A stretch of DNA of 64,000 nt, from positions 13,386,716-13,450,715 of the forward strand of contig CP154954.1 in the NCBI GenBank assembly GCA_039621445.1, given 5' to 3'. The position numbers and the translations under genes are program-made. Positions 27,191 through 39,598 of this stretch are shown here, piece by piece; within the stretch, counting starts at the first letter, position 1, and every line of letters begins with the position of its first letter. Origin of the DNA: Euglena gracilis (taxonomy: Eukaryota). The notes below the pieces were generated by a model. That model did no database searches. It was not told the DNA's origin and was given only the letters and a program-made list of their open reading frames with translations.

Positions 27191-27496
27191 GATCTGGCCC
27201 GGGGGGGGGGGGGTTGTGGGCCGACCCTAGGGTCGGCCCACGGTCGCCAAAGGTCGCCAAAGGTCGCTATGGGTATTTCCTACTCAGCCTTTTTTGCCAT
27301 GTAGCGGCGTAGGCAACTGTTCCAGGGCCCTAAAATAACAAAATCCCTTGTGTGTGCAACTCCTTTTGTGTGTAAGTTGCGCTAATTTGCCGTGGAGCGC
27401 ATTTTTTGACATCGACCCACCCACGACCTTTGGCGACCCTGGCGACCTTTGGCGACCCTAGGGTCGGCCCACAACCCCCCCCCCCCAGGCCAGATC
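27191..27496. mobile_element. MITE with long (~45 bp) TIRs
   Basis: GATCTGGCC-polyG-TTGTGGGCCGACCCTAGGGTCG and its reverse complement at ~27453-27496. Confidence 0.7.
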
Positions 27497-30188
27497 TACC
27501 CCCCGGGTTCTGGAGCCATTTGGGTGGGTTTTGACTGGTTTTGGGGTGATTTGGACAAAATTTTTTCTCAGGGGGGGGGCTTAAATGTCGGCGAAACTGG
27601 CCCGTAACTACATTAGAGTGGGTGGTCGGCCGACTAGTTGGCCGACCACCCAGGACCCCCCCCCCCCCCTGTCTCGCCGACTAGCTGCCGACCAGGCCTA
27701 GTCGGCCGACCAATTGGGTGGTCGGCCGACTAGTCGGCCGACCACCCAGGACCCCCCCCCCCCCAGTCTACCGTTTGCCACTGGGGGTCCCGTTGGACGG
27801 TCCATTAGCCAATTAGGGGGGGGGTCAGGCTTATTGGCCATTGGCCGGGGTAACCCGCCCCCTAATTGTCCCCGGTCCGAAGGAGCCCGGCCATTAGCCA
27901 AATAGGGGGGGGGGGTGAGGGTAGCCAATGTTTTCACTTTAAACACTTAGCAAAGGCAGGAAGCAGCTTCAATCACTCCCCTTGGCACACCATGCGGAAT
28001 TGAGCCAGGGTTGACGTTTTGTTTTGTTTTGTTTTTTTTAAAAAAAGAACAAGAAATATGTTTTTTTTAAAGAAAAAACACACAAAAAACATGTTTTTTT
28101 TTGGAAAAGCAAAAATTAACCTTTTTCCTTGTGAAATGGCCATTTTTTGAGGAAAAAGTTCAGGTCATTTTTTTGGTCATCAAAAAGTGACGTTTTTTTA
28201 GTTTATCGAGACCGTTCATCCGAATGCTTTTGATGGCACGTGTGAAAGCCAGCACCCTTTACGGACTACGAAGCTGCAAAAATAAAAAAAGACCCTTTTT
28301 CAAGAAAAAAAAACATTTCAAAAAAAAATTCCCCCAAATCCTCCATGAGGTTGTTTTTTTTTTTTTGAAAAACAAACAAAAAAATTTCTTAGGGGGTGCT
28401 GCTATACCAATTGGAATATTTCCCCCTTCCACGCAGGCCCAAACAAGGGGGGGGGGATATTCCACCGGTTTTCCATTTCAGGGTCTTTTGACACACCTGT
28501 GAAGCCCTCAAAAATGGCCACAAACCGCTCCCGGTGCAGGATTGGAGCTAAGCATGCAAAAGGGCAGAAGTACTGTATGCATTCGGCTGGGCCCCCCAAT
28601 AGTTACTGCAAAGGCCCGGCATGGCCTGCCAGAGGAAAAGCGGACGAGGTAAGGAAAAGAATGCCAGGAGGGCAGGCAGCCAGAAGAATGGAGGGCTCTG
28701 GAATGGAAAGGAAAGGGTAGGAAGGCCACGGAAAGAAGCAAGGAAAACGGCCCGGCTACCACGGCAGGAAGAAAGGAATCACGGCACGTAGAAAGGAGAC
28801 AGGATTAGGAGGCACAAAGAGGGCCAGGCCCGGAAGGAAGGTGGAAAGGCGGACCGGTCACGGCGGCCCGAACGGCCAGGCGGCAGGAAGGCACAGGGCC
28901 CGCGGCCGGCGGCCCCGACGGCCCGGCGGCCCGGCCCATCCGGCGGCCCGGCCCATCCGGCGGCGCGGCCCAGCCGGCGGCCCAAAACGGGGCGCCGGCG
29001 GGTCGAAAAACGCTCATTTTCGGCTCGAAAACAGTTTTTCTCAGTCGGGAGGCCAAAAAACATCGTTTTGGGCAAAAAATTTTTTCGATTTTTTTCGAAG
29101 TCGAACAGTGGAAAAAGTGTACAAAAATGCCCTAAAATGGCCTAAATTGGCCGAAAAACGGCCGTATCTCGGGCCAGGCGGGGAGTTGTGGGGAAACCAA
29201 AATCCCAGTAGATAGAGCGTTCCAAGGGCTTCAATTTAGGTCTCCGGACATTTCCTTTGATTTTCCATCATTTTCGAGAAATTTTGAAAACATTGATTTT
29301 TTGACCCCCACCCCCCGAAAACGGCTGAGTCGAACAGTGGGAAAAGTGTACAAAACGGCCATCCAGGCCGAAAACGGCCGTATCTCGGGCTGGGCGGGGA
29401 GTTGAGGAGAAATCAAAATACCGGTAGATGGGGCGTTCCAAAGGCTTCAAATTAGGTCTCCGGACATTTCCTTTGATTTGGCTTCATTTTGGAGATATTT
29501 TGAAAATTGACATTTTTTGGCCGAAATGGCAGAGTCCAAAGGAGGGGGCTTATTCAGGGGGGGGGGGGCGGGCCAATCCTACCCAGTTTGGACCCCTTCG
29601 CGCGTGAATAACTCGGGCCTGGCGGGGAGTTGGGGGTCAAACCCAGGTGATTCGGAAACTAGGAATCCAGTCGCTCGCGACCGAAGAAAAAGAAATCCGG
29701 GAACCGGGCCGGGATCATGGTGATAATCCGTCCGTTCTCCAGGTGGCCCCGACCCAGGGGGGGGGGGCGGGGGGAGGGGGGGGGGGGAGGGGGGTGTTTC
29801 GCCAGGGGTAAGCTTCGCTCTTACCCATGAAGGGATAAGAGCTCAGCGACCCCCCCCTATGACCCCCCCCCTGCGACCCGCACCACCCCCTTAAAAAAAA
29901 CATGTTTTTTTGTTGCAAAAAAAACAAACCGTTTTTTTTTTCGTCTGTCTCGGGGGGGGTTGGAAGTGGGGGGGAGTGGGGGGTCCCAGGAGGGGGGGGT
30001 TGGAACTGTACAGGGGGGGAGGGGGGGGTCCCAAGGTTTGACCAAGTGTACTGCCTTGTCTCCATACACACTCAACCCCACTGCATGGTGGCACGTCGAC
30101 CCACGATGCAGATTGCATGCAGCAACCCCGGAAGGGACCATAAAACGCGAAACATGTGTTCCAAATGCTGGTTGAAAATCATCGCTTT

Positions 30189-31340
30189 TCAACGCTGTCT
30201 CCGATAAGGAGCCTTGACATCAAATGGGTTTGCGCTATTAATGTGCATTGCAAAGCACTTGCTGACATTTGGAGACATTGTCTGCTGCCCGTTTTCCTCC
30301 ACCCTGGAGAAAATTTTCAATAGTACGTTCACCAACTGTGGTTCCACCTGCTCGCATTCTTTCAAACCCTCATTGCTGTGCCTCTGCATGGCCTCATGAA
30401 CATTGTGAAGGGTGTCGTGAAAATGCTGAATTTTCACGGAATTCCTTATTTCTTGCATTGCACTTCTTTCTGCCAAAGCATTGAAACGTATGTCGAGTGG
30501 GTGCGGCATGCCCCATTTCTTTTGGTTTCTATTTCTAATTATGGCTGAAAGAACGGAATTTTTTTGTGCAACCGCTGTTAGGCTTTTCAACCTTTGAACA
30601 TAGGCAAAGCGTGCACAATCTAAATATGGTGCATCTTTTTTGCCTGCACACTCCTCCCATTGGCAGAAATCATCCCATGCTATTTTGGGTGGATTTTCAA
30701 AACTCCACGGAACTATGAAGGCCATCACGTATTGTGCCCAATTTTTTTGGACACGCGATGGTCCATCCCCTCCCGGCCACTTGGGCAACTTTTTCCCCGA
30801 CAAGACTGGGCATTGGAATTGATTTCCCATTTTTTGTACCCATGTTCCAGCCAACAGATGCATATCATGCAAATGAAATGTTGTTCCTTTTGGACACCCT
30901 TCGGGTGGTTCACCATCAACGCTAACATTATTGGCGGCACTTTGTAACGAAAAATGGGCAGTGTACTCCAACGCACTTATGTTTTCCAATTCACCTCCCC
31001 GTAAAGCATAATTGTCCGCTGCAGGGATACTCCCGATGATTGATTTTCCTTCGTGCACAAGAGAAACCAGTTCCGTTGCACCTCCCTTTTCCACAAAAGG
31101 GTCATCCAAATTGTCCATCCGACGCGAATGCATTAGGGTGGTAGTTGCATCCAACGTTCTCTTGTCCTTCCCATTTCCCTGTTGTCCAGCCAAATCTGGT
31201 TGTCCAACTTTTTGTTGTAAACATTCATTTGCTAGATCGTCGTTGGACTCTCCATCGCCATGTTCGCAAATGAAGACGAAATTTCGTGTTCAAAAACGAG
31301 TTCAAAGAACAAGGACGCGGTCAGTTGCACTGCACACTTA
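30189..31340 (-). mobile_element. Helitron-type RepHel fragment (region between Rep and helicase)
   Basis: The 334-aa open frame has DNYALRGGELENISALEY, HLLAGTWVQ...CPVLSGKKLP and AQYVMAFIVPW, resembling the Y-x-x-R...L-E, P-V-L-x-G and L-F-x-P-W motifs of Helitron proteins. Stops occur upstream; no helicase motifs are seen. Confidence 0.7.
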
Positions 31341-32621
31341 GGCGGAGAGGGGTGATTGCCATGTGATGTTGATGGGGATGCCCAAAGTGATGACGAGGAT
31401 GACTTTGACGAGGAATTCAAGGATGACAGTGACGATGATGAGGATGAGAGTGAACAGGAGGAATCGGAGATAAATATTCCAAAAATAAAATGACGGAGAG
31501 CAAATTTTTCGGAACAAGTGCAAATATTTTTGAGACAGTGGAAAATTTTTGGAGACTTTTGGGCAATTTTTTTTTGAGGGCGCTGGGCAAAATTTTTATA
31601 AATAAATTGTATTTTTTGAGTTTTTGCTTTTTTTTGCATTTTTGCTCTTTTTTTTTCAGTTTTCAGCACTTTTTGCACTTTTTCATTGCTTTGCATTGCA
31701 TACCATGCCCCCCCCCACCCGAGCTGTCCCCCCCCAAGCTATTCCCATAGGGGGGACGGGAGTAGCTCGCTGTCATAGCACTTTTTACAAAGAACTTCCC
31801 AAAAAAGTGCTCAAAAATCGACGTTTTGGGACGTTTTCCAAAATCACTTTTTGGCAAAAGTGCTTGAAATTGACCATTTTTTGCGACCAGCCAAAAAAGT
31901 TGCCAAAAATGCCCCTTTTCGGGTTGCCCGAGGGTCGGGTATGGGAATAGCTCGGGGGGGGGGACCTAGGTCCCCCCCCCCCCCCGAGCTGTTCCCCCCC
32001 CGTACTGTTCCCATTGGGCCGTAAAGGGTCCCGGGGACGGGAACAGCTCGGGGGGGGGGGGGGGATGGTATTTTGGGGGGCTTGTTGTGTATCCCCTCCA
32101 GCTTGGTTCATTGGGGGGGATCACCCAACCACCTGAGCCTTCTCAAACCTCCACGGAGCCGATTTTCAGGTAACAAAATTTTCCTTTGTCGCCAAAATAA
32201 CTTTTGCTTGGGTGGTGCTGTGGTGCTTGGGGTTGTCTCCCGAATGGGTCGGAGCCGGAGCCCCTGGAGCCGAGAGGTTGAATGGGACAGTGCCAAACTC
32301 GCATCCTGGTTATTTTTTTTTGCCGGACCTGGAAAAAGTTTTTTCACCAATTACCGCACACTGGAGTGCAATTTGGATGAATGTGCCAAGCGCACACGTG
32401 GCAATTTCAGGGAAATCTCGGCCGTGGTCCAGGAGGGACGGAAGCCAGGATGGGGGGGTTGGTACACCCCTCCCCCCCCCTCTCTGAGGGGCTCGCCACG
32501 CCATCCCCCCCCCCTCCTCGCCACGCCACCCGTTACATTTTTAATCTTGCAACCATGGTACCCCCCCCTCCGAGACCCCCTCGCCACGCCATTTACCCCC
32601 CCCCTATTCGGACCCCCTCGC

Positions 32622-33894
32622 CAAGGTTGGGTTTTGTTTTTGTATTTTTGGGGGGGTCCCAAAATCGGCCCAAAAATTTTGGGGGGGTACCCAAAAATCA
32701 AATTTTTGGGTCTCCATTGACGATGAGAGAAAACCATGGGAAACAATGGTCGACATCCGCAAAGTCACGAAGGGGCTGTCGCTCAGAGTTGTCCTGAACA
32801 CTCCCCGCCTGCTTGAAACACGTTCTGGCGGTTAACTTTTCAGTGGTCAGACCATCCCCCACCCAGTTAGTCCAGTTAGTTTTGTTAGTACAATTTTGGA
32901 TCCTGAAATTTTTTGGGGCCACAAGGCTTTTCAAAATACCCCCAAATGCAATTTTCTGTTCGAGACATGTAAAACCCCCCAAATAATACCCCCCCCGGGG
33001 TAATATTTTTTTTTTTCGCCCGAAGTCCCGGCCCGAGGGGGGGGGTATTATTTCCCAAAAATTTTCGAAAATTTTCGAAGTTCCGTAGGAGCAAAAATAG
33101 TGCCAAAACCCCCCTTTGGGATCATTTTTTTTGTACTTTCTCATGAAATTTAGCATTTCTTGGAGACCAGATAATCCAGAAAAATCGATTTTTTTTTCGT
33201 AATTTATTGTCAGAGATTGTGATTTTTACCTACATTTTCAGGTCAAAAATCCGGGCTTTCGGCCCGAAACCGGGGGAGGGGGGTATTATTTTGGTGGCCG
33301 AAGTCGTACCCCGAGGGGGGGGTATTATTTGGAGGGGGATTATTTGGGGGGAGGGTTTACAATGATCACACCCCTGCCCCTCCCCAATCAGAGGCCACAA
33401 TTCTGGAGGGCATGATTTTCCCTCCGAAAATAACAGTCTGGATTCCAACGGTCACCCCTTATCAGAATCCACAATTTTGTTGTACCATCCCCCCCCGGTG
33501 TATAAACACTGGCCTTGTATAAGCACTGCCTCCCCCCCCGGTGCGCTTCCATCCTTTTGGACGTGTTGGACAGGAATCCTGCTTTGCACGCGGGGTCGGT
33601 GGTTCGATCCCGGCTGCAGCCCCAGGGATTACCCGGGGTGGGTCCAGCCGGACTCCCCCGGAGGGCCCAGAGGGGGGTGAGATATACTTTTTGGCGCCGC
33701 AGGCGCAGAAAATTTTGAAAAAAATGGCTTTTCTTGGCCAAAATCGGCCTTTTTAGGTAGTTAGGGGTTAGGGGTAAATTTTTTCAAAGAGGGGGTCCCA
33801 AAAATACAAATTTTTTGGGACCCCCTTTTTTGGGGGGGGGTACCCAAAAAACAAAATTTTGGGGGGGGGACCCAAAACCCAAAACCCAACCTTG
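32622..33894. mobile_element. TIR element with 7-bp TSD containing a nested MITE
   Basis: TIR CAAGGTTGGGTTTTG/CAAAACCCAACCTTG; TSD CCCTCGC. Confidence 0.88.
32966..33364. mobile_element. MITE nested in the 32622-33894 element
   Basis: Inverted ends TGTAAAACCCCCCAAATAAT / ATTATTTGGGGGGAGGGTTTACA. Confidence 0.65.
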
Positions 33895-34990
33895 CCCTCG
33901 CCATGGCGTACCAACCCCCCCATGGCAAGCCAAATGTTACCAGTTTTGAGGTTCAGTTTGGGGCTCAGGCAGGCGTAAACTTGCGCTTCTCTCTTTCTCG
34001 TTCTCTCTGCCTTTTGCAGCTTTTCTCTCCCAACGATGCATTTGAGAGTTTCGTTTACATTTGTTTTAACGCTTGCGGCCGGCTGGGGTTTGAAAATAAA
34101 ACTGCCTCAAAAAGAAAAGAAGCAGTCCTTGGAAGCACATTTATGCCAAAAGCCAAAAAGGGGAGCCAACAAGGTGTAAAAGGGATAACAATATCTCTTT
34201 CTTTTGATGTAAATGTGGGGGCTGCATTGTTTTTCAGGTTGAATTTCCCATAATTTCTAATGGCCTGGTATCCAAACCTGTTCCTAAAACTCCAACCCCT
34301 GATTCAACCATTTTTGGTGTGACGTTAAAATAATCTGAAAGCACTTCCTTTTTTTGCAGTACAAACAGACAAAGTACAGAACAAACAAACATGTTTTGTT
34401 TGTATTCTTCACAACATCCATTGGACATGCCTCACTCATACAGTTGCAATTGCCCCCAAATCACAGTTTGGTGAAAACAGTGGCGGCATAACCCAGGCAG
34501 TGGAAGTTTCAGTGCAGGGTGGAGAACACAACGGACTGGCAATCCAGTGGCTTGGCAGTACAGTGACAATCCAGTATGGTAGCAGTGGGAGTGCAACTTT
34601 TTTTCAATTATTCATTAAAACAAAAACACCGTTATTGTGAATTGAAATGAAAAGCGTTTTTGGCTTCCTAGTTCGTCTTCACACTCATGCTGTCCCGTCA
34701 AAGATAGGAAAGGAAAGGTCTCCCCCCTTAGTTCTTAGTCTTAGTCTTTAGTCCAAAGAGGACACAAATTGTTTGGTTTCAGCAAATCTATTCAGAAGGG
34801 GAAAATACACAAGGCAATGCATTTTAGGTCCACATTGAGGGGAAACGGGCTGGCCCAGCAGCCCAACTGCAAAGAAACATCGGACACTTTTTCAGATTTG
34901 GGGAGTTGGATCCAATGTATCTAACCGGTATAAAATGAACTCTGGAACGGTTCAAGAATCGAGGGGTGGTACCTTTGCCGGCCTGGAACC

Positions 34991-35127
34991 CTTGTGTTAT
35001 CGTTGGTGCCGGCCATCGTCATATGGGTGGTGTTCATGGATCTAATGACGTCGTCCGTGGACCTGCTGCGCAGCACCACCCACGACTCGATGGACGTCAT
35101 GGCACAAAATATTCAGCAGTTGCTGAT
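34991..35127 (+). CDS. Adenylate cyclase exon 1 (TM1; true start lies upstream, unresolved)
   Basis: LVLSLVPAIVIWVVFMDLMTSSVDLLRSTTHDSMDVMAQNIQQLL; followed by GTC-CAGGTT, which pairs with AACCTG-TTGGT at 35610-35620. Confidence 0.75.
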
Positions 35128-38100
35128 GTCCAGGTTGAGGTCTTTGCAACTTTTGGTGCATGGCTTGATCCCCCCGCGGGGGGGGGGGGGTTGGTTTGTA
35201 CTCTGGAGCAGAGGTTTACCCCTTTTTTTGGTGTTTAATTTGCCAAATGATGGAGGAAGGGAAGGAAGGGAGGAAGGGAATGAAGTGAATGCCAAAATGT
35301 CATTTTGGAGGAGGGGGGCTTTGTACCTCTTGATAACCAACCACCCAAGTTGCGGTGTTCAAGGGTGAATTTGAATTTGAACCCACAGCAGTGCGGGAAA
35401 AAAAGAACTTCCCCAAATTTTGTCCAACATTGGAGAAAGGGGGTTGAGCGAAAAGCTGGGGAACCCCCAACTCATACATTTACTTCCAACCCCTTTCCCA
35501 CCCCCTCCCCCAATGTATTTCATTCTTGAGGGTTCTGGAGGAATTTGACTGCTTGCAATCCAGATTCTGAAATGGAAATCATTCAAGGAAAAAGACAATT
35601 GGAACCTGAAACCTGTTGGTGTATCAAGCGATTGAAAAGTTTGACACCCACATCACGGAGGGCGAGAGGGAGATGATGGAGTTGGCCTTGATGATCCAGG
35701 GGAGTGGGGTGCTGAGCTTCAGTCGGGCACCTGCTACGCATATTTTTTGGTGCTCTTCTGCCTGATAGCATCAAAATTATATGCATTGTGCTATGCCTGC
35801 ATGTGTTTTTTCTACAATCTGCACACAAAAAAATTTCATGTTTTTTGATTTTTTTTGCAGTGAGGATTTTTGGACAGTTTTGTGGTCCCCACAGGTTCTC
35901 AAAGGACATTTGTGTTTCTTTTGTCAGTGCATTTTATCGACTGCTCATTTCCATGTTTTGTGCCACCACTGTCTGTCAAGGCGTTGGACTCTCCATTGAG
36001 GCCACAGGGGCCTGGCTACGACCTCCACCCCTCCCGCTTCGATATCCCAAAGCAAGGATTGGCCACGTCTGCCCCAAAGACTCTCAATTTTTTGAAATAT
36101 TTTTGAATGGATTCCCCTTTGGCGTTGCTTTTTTTATGCTTGGTGGAATTCTTTTTTTATTTTTGAAACAAATGGTTGTCTCTTTCCATCCCATGAACGA
36201 AACCATGCCCTTATCTGATAAGATCAGATTACGCTTTAAATGGCTCAGAATAAAAAAAATCCCACCTAAATTAATTGGGCAATCAGCAGGGGGGGGGGGG
36301 CGCACGTTTTTTGAGGGTTTTTTTTTGGAATAAAAAAAAACAGGGCCAGTTTCCTCAGGGCTCAGGGCCAGTTTCCCCCCCAGGATCTTGTCCTGGGGGA
36401 TCTTCGGGGAACAATGCTCAAATGCAAAATCCCTAGAAGGAGTCTCAAAAAAGGGAAAAAAAAGGCTCAAACATATAATGATGTTATTTCAAGACTAGGG
36501 GGTCCGGGTGGCAGTACCCCCCCCCCCCCCCCGGTGGTGGGGCCGAAGGCACCCGGAACTCCATGGCGAGTGAGTCCTGGGGGGGGGGGTCCTGTGGTGG
36601 TTCTGTGGGGGTATTGGGTGTTCTTTTTCCCAGAGATTTTTTAATTTTTTTCTGGAAAAACAATGGAAGTTTCTTCTTTTTGGTGCCGATCTTCCCCCAA
36701 CTAAAATTTATTGTCAATTTATTGTCAATTTTTTGCATTTTTTTGGTTAAGAAATTGCACGTGTGAATGTTTTTGTGCAAAATGAAAAATTTGCCCTGAT
36801 GGAGCCAAATTGTTTTGTCCTCCTCAGCAGAAAGTGCACATTCTGAAGGATTCTACATTCAGTTTGCTTTTTTTGGCCTTTTTTTTTCTGTGTTTATGCC
36901 CCCGCCAAGAGAGGCCATTTTTTGGTGCCAGGTGGTCTGACATTGGGGCGGGGGGAGGGGCGACACTGTCCTGTCTGCTGTCTTCTGCCTTTGCCGGGAC
37001 GTCCCCAAATTGAAAAAGGAGAGGGTCAAACGCATGCCTTTAGACACATTTTCCCCGACGTTTTTGGAATCGACGATGCTCCTTTTTTTCTTTGTGCACC
37101 AGCACCTTCGACGTTGGGGGCATGGGTGCCGGCAGCTCCCTTCCACAGCCAACCTTTCACCACAATGCAGGCCCATCCCTACTTCTCGCAGGCAGCCGTG
37201 TTGGGCAGTTATTTTGACCCGACAAACGCTCAGGGGCGACACACCGCATGGCTTAGCAGGCCCTGCTCTCCCAGGGGACCCCATCCAGCCAGTAGCCTTG
37301 ATCCCCAGCCATGGACCTCCCCCCACCAATGAGTGAGTTTGTAAGTCTTGCCGCCCAAAAGGCCATTGAAGCACTGCACATACTTCAACTTGAAAGCGCC
37401 AAAATGGGCAGAAATGAACAAAAATGGGCTCAAAATCGGGCTGCCTTGCCCATTTCCTCGTTTCCCCCCCAGTTTTTCCGTTCCGGCCGCATTCTTGTAT
37501 AATTGGTGCTGATTTTCCCTCTAATTTTTAGGTCCAGTTCGATCCCAGTTCAGGCTGTGGTACGAGGGGTTCAGCTGGTCTTTTTCCAGATCCACCATTG
37601 GGACATGTTTGACTTGTAAGATTTTTTCATCCCATTTTAAAGACAAGAATTATGGGAGATGAAAATTATGGGAAACCGCCTTGATGATTTCCAGATACTT
37701 TTTCCCATAATTTTGTCCACTCAACCTTTCCTAACCCCCCCCCCCCGAATAGAAGCCCCCCCCCCCTGAAAAGTGCCCCCCCCCCCCCCGAATAGAAGAC
37801 CCCCCCCTCGGTTTTCGACCAAAATTCCGAATAGTGCCCCCCTCCGAATAGTAGCCCGCTCCCCGTGGGTTTGGGGGGGGGAGTGGGGGGCGTGGGGGGC
37901 GTGGGGGGAGTGGGGAGTGGGGGGTGTGGGGGTAAATGTCTAGTATGGGCTCCAGTTTTTGCAATAACTTTAAATGAGGGTTGGGTGAGTTTACGTTTAA
38001 TGATCCATCCACAAGAGTAACATTTGCAGCAAATTTGACATGGTTTGGAAAGTAGACCCACAAAGAAATTTCTTCGATAATGCTTGGACCCCCTGATTTT

Positions 38101-39545
38101 CGACCACTTTTCTGAATAGTCCCCCCCCCCCGAATAGAAGCCCCCCCCCCCTCGGTTTTCGACCAACGTTCCGAATAGTAAACCCCCCCTCCCTAATAGA
38201 AGCACGGATGCGCTTATAGCGGACTGCCATTTCTGGCGGCGGGGGGTGCGCTTCTATTTGGACCCTACCTGCGCGATTTTTGTTGCTTTCCTTTAGAAAT
38301 CCCATCAAAATGGGGGGTGCGCTTGTAGTGGACCGCCCTCTTCGACGGTGGGGGGTGCGCTTTTATTTGGACCCTGCGCTTGTAGCGGCCCCGCGCTTCT
38401 ATTAGGGGGGGGGTTAGCCCCCGGGGGCTTCTATTCAGGGCTTTTGGTGCTTTGCTGGAGGAGTATTATTGTCGATTTTTTGGGGGTTATTTTGAAAAAT
38501 CACGATAAACACCACCAGAACTCCATGTTGACCATATTTGGAAATTTGTTTTGCGTTGAAATTTGTGTTTTTTTTAGAAAAGAAAAATGATGTGATGTAA
38601 TTTCATTCAAAATTACACCACATCTGAAAAATTTTCCCTGAAAAATTTGAATTTTCCCACAATATCTTCCTTTAATTTTTTGTCTCCGTAATTTTTTTGT
38701 CCACACTCTAACGGGAGAGGAGAAGGAGAGGAGGTCATTTCCATTGATCCGCTTAACACCCATGTGACCCCTCGGGGGTGGGTCCTCAAGAGTGGGTGGG
38801 TTCGGCTGCTGGACCCCCCCCCCCCCCCGGGCTGGGGGGCAGACTTTGGCCCAGCCTGGCTTTTGGGTGGGGGGGTTGTGGGTAGGGGTGGGTGGGTGGG
38901 TGGGTTTTCGGAAAAAGTGGGTGGGTGGATTTAGGGCCGGGGAAATGTGTGGGACTATTAAGTGAATTTTTGGCCACGTCATGCAGGTGTGAGATGTAGC
39001 AAAATGCACCGAACCAATGCAGACATGCACGATCACCGTCGTTGGACTGCATTGCCACCGTCTTTGGCTTCATTTTAAATTTGACTGTTGTTGCTTCCAG
39101 GAGAATTAACGCTCTTTGAAGTTTTTCTTTTTCCTACTTCAGAAAGGAATGGTCATTTCCAATACTGGGGTGCTAGTGATGTGTGTGGGCATGCAATGGC
39201 TTGCGATGGTTTGTGCTTCAGATTCTCTGCGGGGACGTTGGCAAGAAATGTTTTCGCTTGAAGCGAAGGATCCTTGTGGTTCAAATCTGGTTCCCATGCT
39301 GCCTCTGTCACCACGACCTTCACCCCCATATTTTGGGTGACATGGGTGGCGTTCCTCATTGATGTCCTCAAGCAGAGCTTCGGCACCCGCACGCTGTATG
39401 TCAGCCAACTCGCCATGGCACCGAACGAGAAGGTGACGACGATGGGCTGGGTCCTTCCTTGTGGCTCAGTTTTTTTTTCTTTTGGCTTGTGCTAAAAGTC
39501 ACTGGAATTCACACAAAATACACACATGGAAGACACCAACACACT

Positions 39546-39598
<53 letters not shown>

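Noticed and set aside
35990-36019. Apparent frameshifted coding sequence upstream of exon 3
   Set aside because: Explained as the 3' end of intron 2; its stem gives an in-frame VLSF|DLHP junction without errors.
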